This document shows, piece by piece, positions 61,041-64,000 of a stretch of 64,000 nucleotides of DNA. The notes beneath the pieces are model-generated. The model was not told the origin of the DNA. It saw only the letters and a program-made list of their open reading frames with translations, and searched no databases. Position 1 is the first letter of the stretch. Every line of letters starts with the position of its first letter. Source of the stretch: Lingula anatina (lineage: Eukaryota; Animalia; Brachiopoda); NCBI GenBank assembly GCA_051362555.1, contig CM120640.1:63652788-63716787 (forward strand). Direction: 5' to 3'. Made by a program: the position numbers and the translations under genes.

Positions 61041-62409
61041 TATAATAATTATAATAATAATAAATAAATAAATAAAAACTTTTGAAATAACTGGCGAGAG
61101 GCCTTTTGTACCGGCACTAACTCAATTCCTTTGTGAGACAACATCACAAAACCTTGTGTTACTTACTTGCTACAGTATGTCTTTATGCAATTTGAGGATG
61201 GGGTCACTTCCGTATCACAAAAAACAAGGTCTGGAATTTTTCTTAATAACAGCAGACAATTTTGTCTTGCCTCTTTTTCGATGTCTCCAAGTAACTTCTT
61301 ATAGTCACTGCAGTCTTTAAATCTGCCTCCTTATACATATTCCCAACACACACACACACAAACATAATGATAGGCAAATGCAATCTGAATTGTGTGCTAC
61401 AATATATATACTTAGTATTATTTTCACATTTCACTTATTTTTAGCCTACCTGTGGTTAACTCCTCTACCATGCAGTTAAGCAGAGCCTATAGGTATGTGT
61501 ATATTTACCATTAAAGTAAAACATGGATCCTCAATTGGGAATGCCAATTGTGTACAGATATATTAAACAGTGAATAGTGAATTTGCTTGAAAAGCATGTC
61601 ATTTGAGTAAAATGTTAAAAAATGAAAACAAAACAAGGCTGTAAAGCTGTCAAGTGTAGAGATAAAAAGCAGAAAATAATGATGCACAAAATATGTTATA
61701 GGCACGAAAATTTACCAAGTCTTGCCGACGATGTGGTTGAATAATCGGAACAAGAAAAAAATTATGTCACATGATTTTGACGTTTGGACTAAATGTTTGA
61801 ACCCAGAAAAATTAATTTTAGAATATAATTTTTTTCTTGTCGGATAGATTGGAACAGTCGAAATGCTTGGCACATTACAGTACTGCATTGAATTTGCAAT
61901 AAATTCAAATGGCAATAAGCCACAGAAAATAATCTTGAGAAATGTCTTAGAAATGCCTCAATGAAGGGCACTTCTGAAAGAAATGAATTTTTCACTTCCA
62001 TTTGTTCAATTCTCTCAATTGTTGAAAAACTTTAAAGTCAAATGAAATTTTGGATTTTTTTATCAGTCGTTCAAAAACGGTAAAAATTTTTAGTGAAAAT
62101 GATGTAAAAGTGAATATCATCCACCTATTGAACAAAATTCTTACTCCTGAAGATTTTATCTTCCAACAGTACAACAGTTACAGAAGGTTTATTGTTTAGA
62201 ATATCTTTTTAATTCTATCTCCTTACCAAGCATTTGCAAGTATACTTCAATTAAAGAACAAAACTGGCAGAAGTTAATGCATCAGGGAAATTATATGGTA
62301 ACTTATATGCTATAATGTTTGCATCTTATAAATGTCAAACTCACTAATGAATCAGATAATGAAACAGCTGATAAAGGGGCAGTCTTTTCTCAAAACCAGG
62401 TGATTTGGG

Positions 62410-62670
62410 GATAAGCTCTGCCAAAAAGGTTATTTATACCTCTGTTTGTTAGTCACAAGTCTAACTCAAAAAGTTATGGATGCATGGGTTTTGATTAATT
62501 TTCAGGACAGAAATGGCCTAACTTAAAAGTGATTGTAGGCTTTAATGGTGATACAGATCACCATCTGAATTCAGGGATTTTTTGAAGATTTTTCACCATT
62601 GTGAGATAGGGTCAATTTGGTCATTTTGGCACTGGAGACAGTATCATGGGGGAAAACCACACTTGGCTGT
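62410..62670 (+). mobile_element. Helitron/Helentron-type non-autonomous repeat fragment (second family)
   Basis: CTCTGCCAAAAAGGTTAT..TGTTTGTTAG..AACTCAAAAAGTTATGGATG..GATCACCATCTG..CACCATTGTGAGATAGGG..CTTGGC matches a widespread aquatic-animal repeat pattern (from recall). Confidence 0.55.
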
Positions 62671-64000
62671 CACCTTGATTGGTTAATCAACTTGGTTAAT
62701 AAACCTAAAAACAACAAAAACTGCCTTTAGAACATGATACTATTCTACCACAGCGCATCCACAAAACCCCATCAAAATCGGTCCAGTATATTTAAACAAA
62801 TTTAATATAACAGCTCCATATATCCCCAAAGAGACCATAACCTGGTCATTTATTATTTTTAACAATTTCATATCAAAATGTTGACACATCAAGTGATTAG
62901 TTAAGAAGTTCTGATATATAAGAAACAAGTAGAAGAAAAATGATTATTTTAAATCAGCCTACTCTATGTTTCAAAAATTTCTATGTAACAAATGTAGAGC
63001 ATTTCTAAAAGAGATTACTTTCCCCACTTCAATTTTCCATGAAAAACCTTCGGGAAGAAAATCAATCACAGATTTTTTATCCATTTAAAAGCAGCAGTTG
63101 AAATTTTCTTTGTAATAGAGATAGCAATTTATTCCTCAAATGTTGTAAAGTAGTAGCTAACAAACTAATAACACTTTTATCTGTAGACACATAATGCACT
63201 CTAATACATTAGAAACAAAATAAAGGAAGATCTTTACATGAGAGTATCACACTTAATGTGATATTTAAATTCAAATTCAAATCAAGTCTTATTACAACAA
63301 ATGTCATCAGCATAATCAGTCTGTCCTGATCAAGCATACAATAACATAAAAGGCACTTGTTAAAATAAGCCAGTTACTGTGTGACAGCTTTTTCAAAACT
63401 TAATTGTAGTATCCCGGTGTATGATAAAACATGCCAATAAACGAAATAAAATATCTTAATATCATTCTGATGTCAAGTGCAAAGCCCATATGGAGTAAAA
63501 ACCAGGTTTACAAAACTTCTTTCAAACACTTTTCGATTCCAAAAACTAACAGGTCATAAATTGGACTTGTATAAATCCTATGTGGAAGCAATGTCTGCCC
63601 TAAGTAGACTAGTCATTTTATATTCATTCTAATCAAATATCAATCATTATAAACACATTTTGAATTCTCTACTGAAAATCTTAAAATCATTAAACTGATT
63701 TCTTAGACAGATGTAACATAATGTGTTATCCATCTAATTCACTTAATTCAGTGTATGTTACATGTAATCTGCTTTTAGGAAATCTCCAGGCCAAGATATA
63801 AGTGAAATTCATCCACTTTTTGAACAAAATGAATTCTACTGAAGATTTTAAAGTCCAAATGTACAATATGTTACAAGCTTAATTACTCAGAATTTCTGTT
63901 TTAACATTAAAATTCTTTCTCCTTGCCAAGCATTTGCAAATGCACTTCAATTAAAGTACAAGATTGGAAGAAGAAAATAAGCTGGTAAATTATTTACTAC

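Noticed and set aside
1-64000. tRNA, rRNA, snoRNA genes and U12-type introns
   Set aside because: No cloverleaf/A-B box or convincing C/D pair was seen by eye, and all modelled introns are GT-AG without the GTATCCT donor. A tRNAscan-SE/Infernal run would be needed to exclude them.

Overview
AT-rich, intron-rich animal genomic DNA, probably a marine lophotrochozoan (mollusc/annelid-like; inferred). I assembled seven spliced or intronless host genes by hand from GT-AG junctions, since the ORF track captures them only as fragments: (1) the 3' part of an RSKR/SGK494 AGC kinase (+, 675-5303); (2) a 561-aa coiled-coil protein with a probable C-terminal death-domain-like module (+, 11563-13730); (3) MRPL44 (-, 14317-19816) lying head-to-head with (4) MRPL57/MRP63 (+, 20041-22475; absent from the ORF track), ATGs 224 bp apart; (5) a UDP-glycosyltransferase with an intronless CDS (-, 22919-24520); (6) AIFM3 (-, 36340-46399, 17 coding exons); (7) a secreted three-Ig-domain protein with a GPI-type tail (+, 49660-58068). 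Between UGT and AIFM3 is a dead DIRS1-like tyrosine-recombinase retrotransposon (29260-36026) with intact ITR/ICR termini. It carries a Dam-like methyltransferase domain and hosts a Penelope-like hammerhead relic, a Ty3/gypsy pol fragment and several MITEs, and its right terminus holds the first poly(A) hexamer downstream of the AIFM3 stop. Helentron-type HINEs with internal satellites, TTAA-flanked Kolobok-like elements and Harbinger-like MITEs fill introns and intergenic space. No tRNA, rRNA or CRISPR array was seen. Family assignments come from recalled motifs, not database searches.
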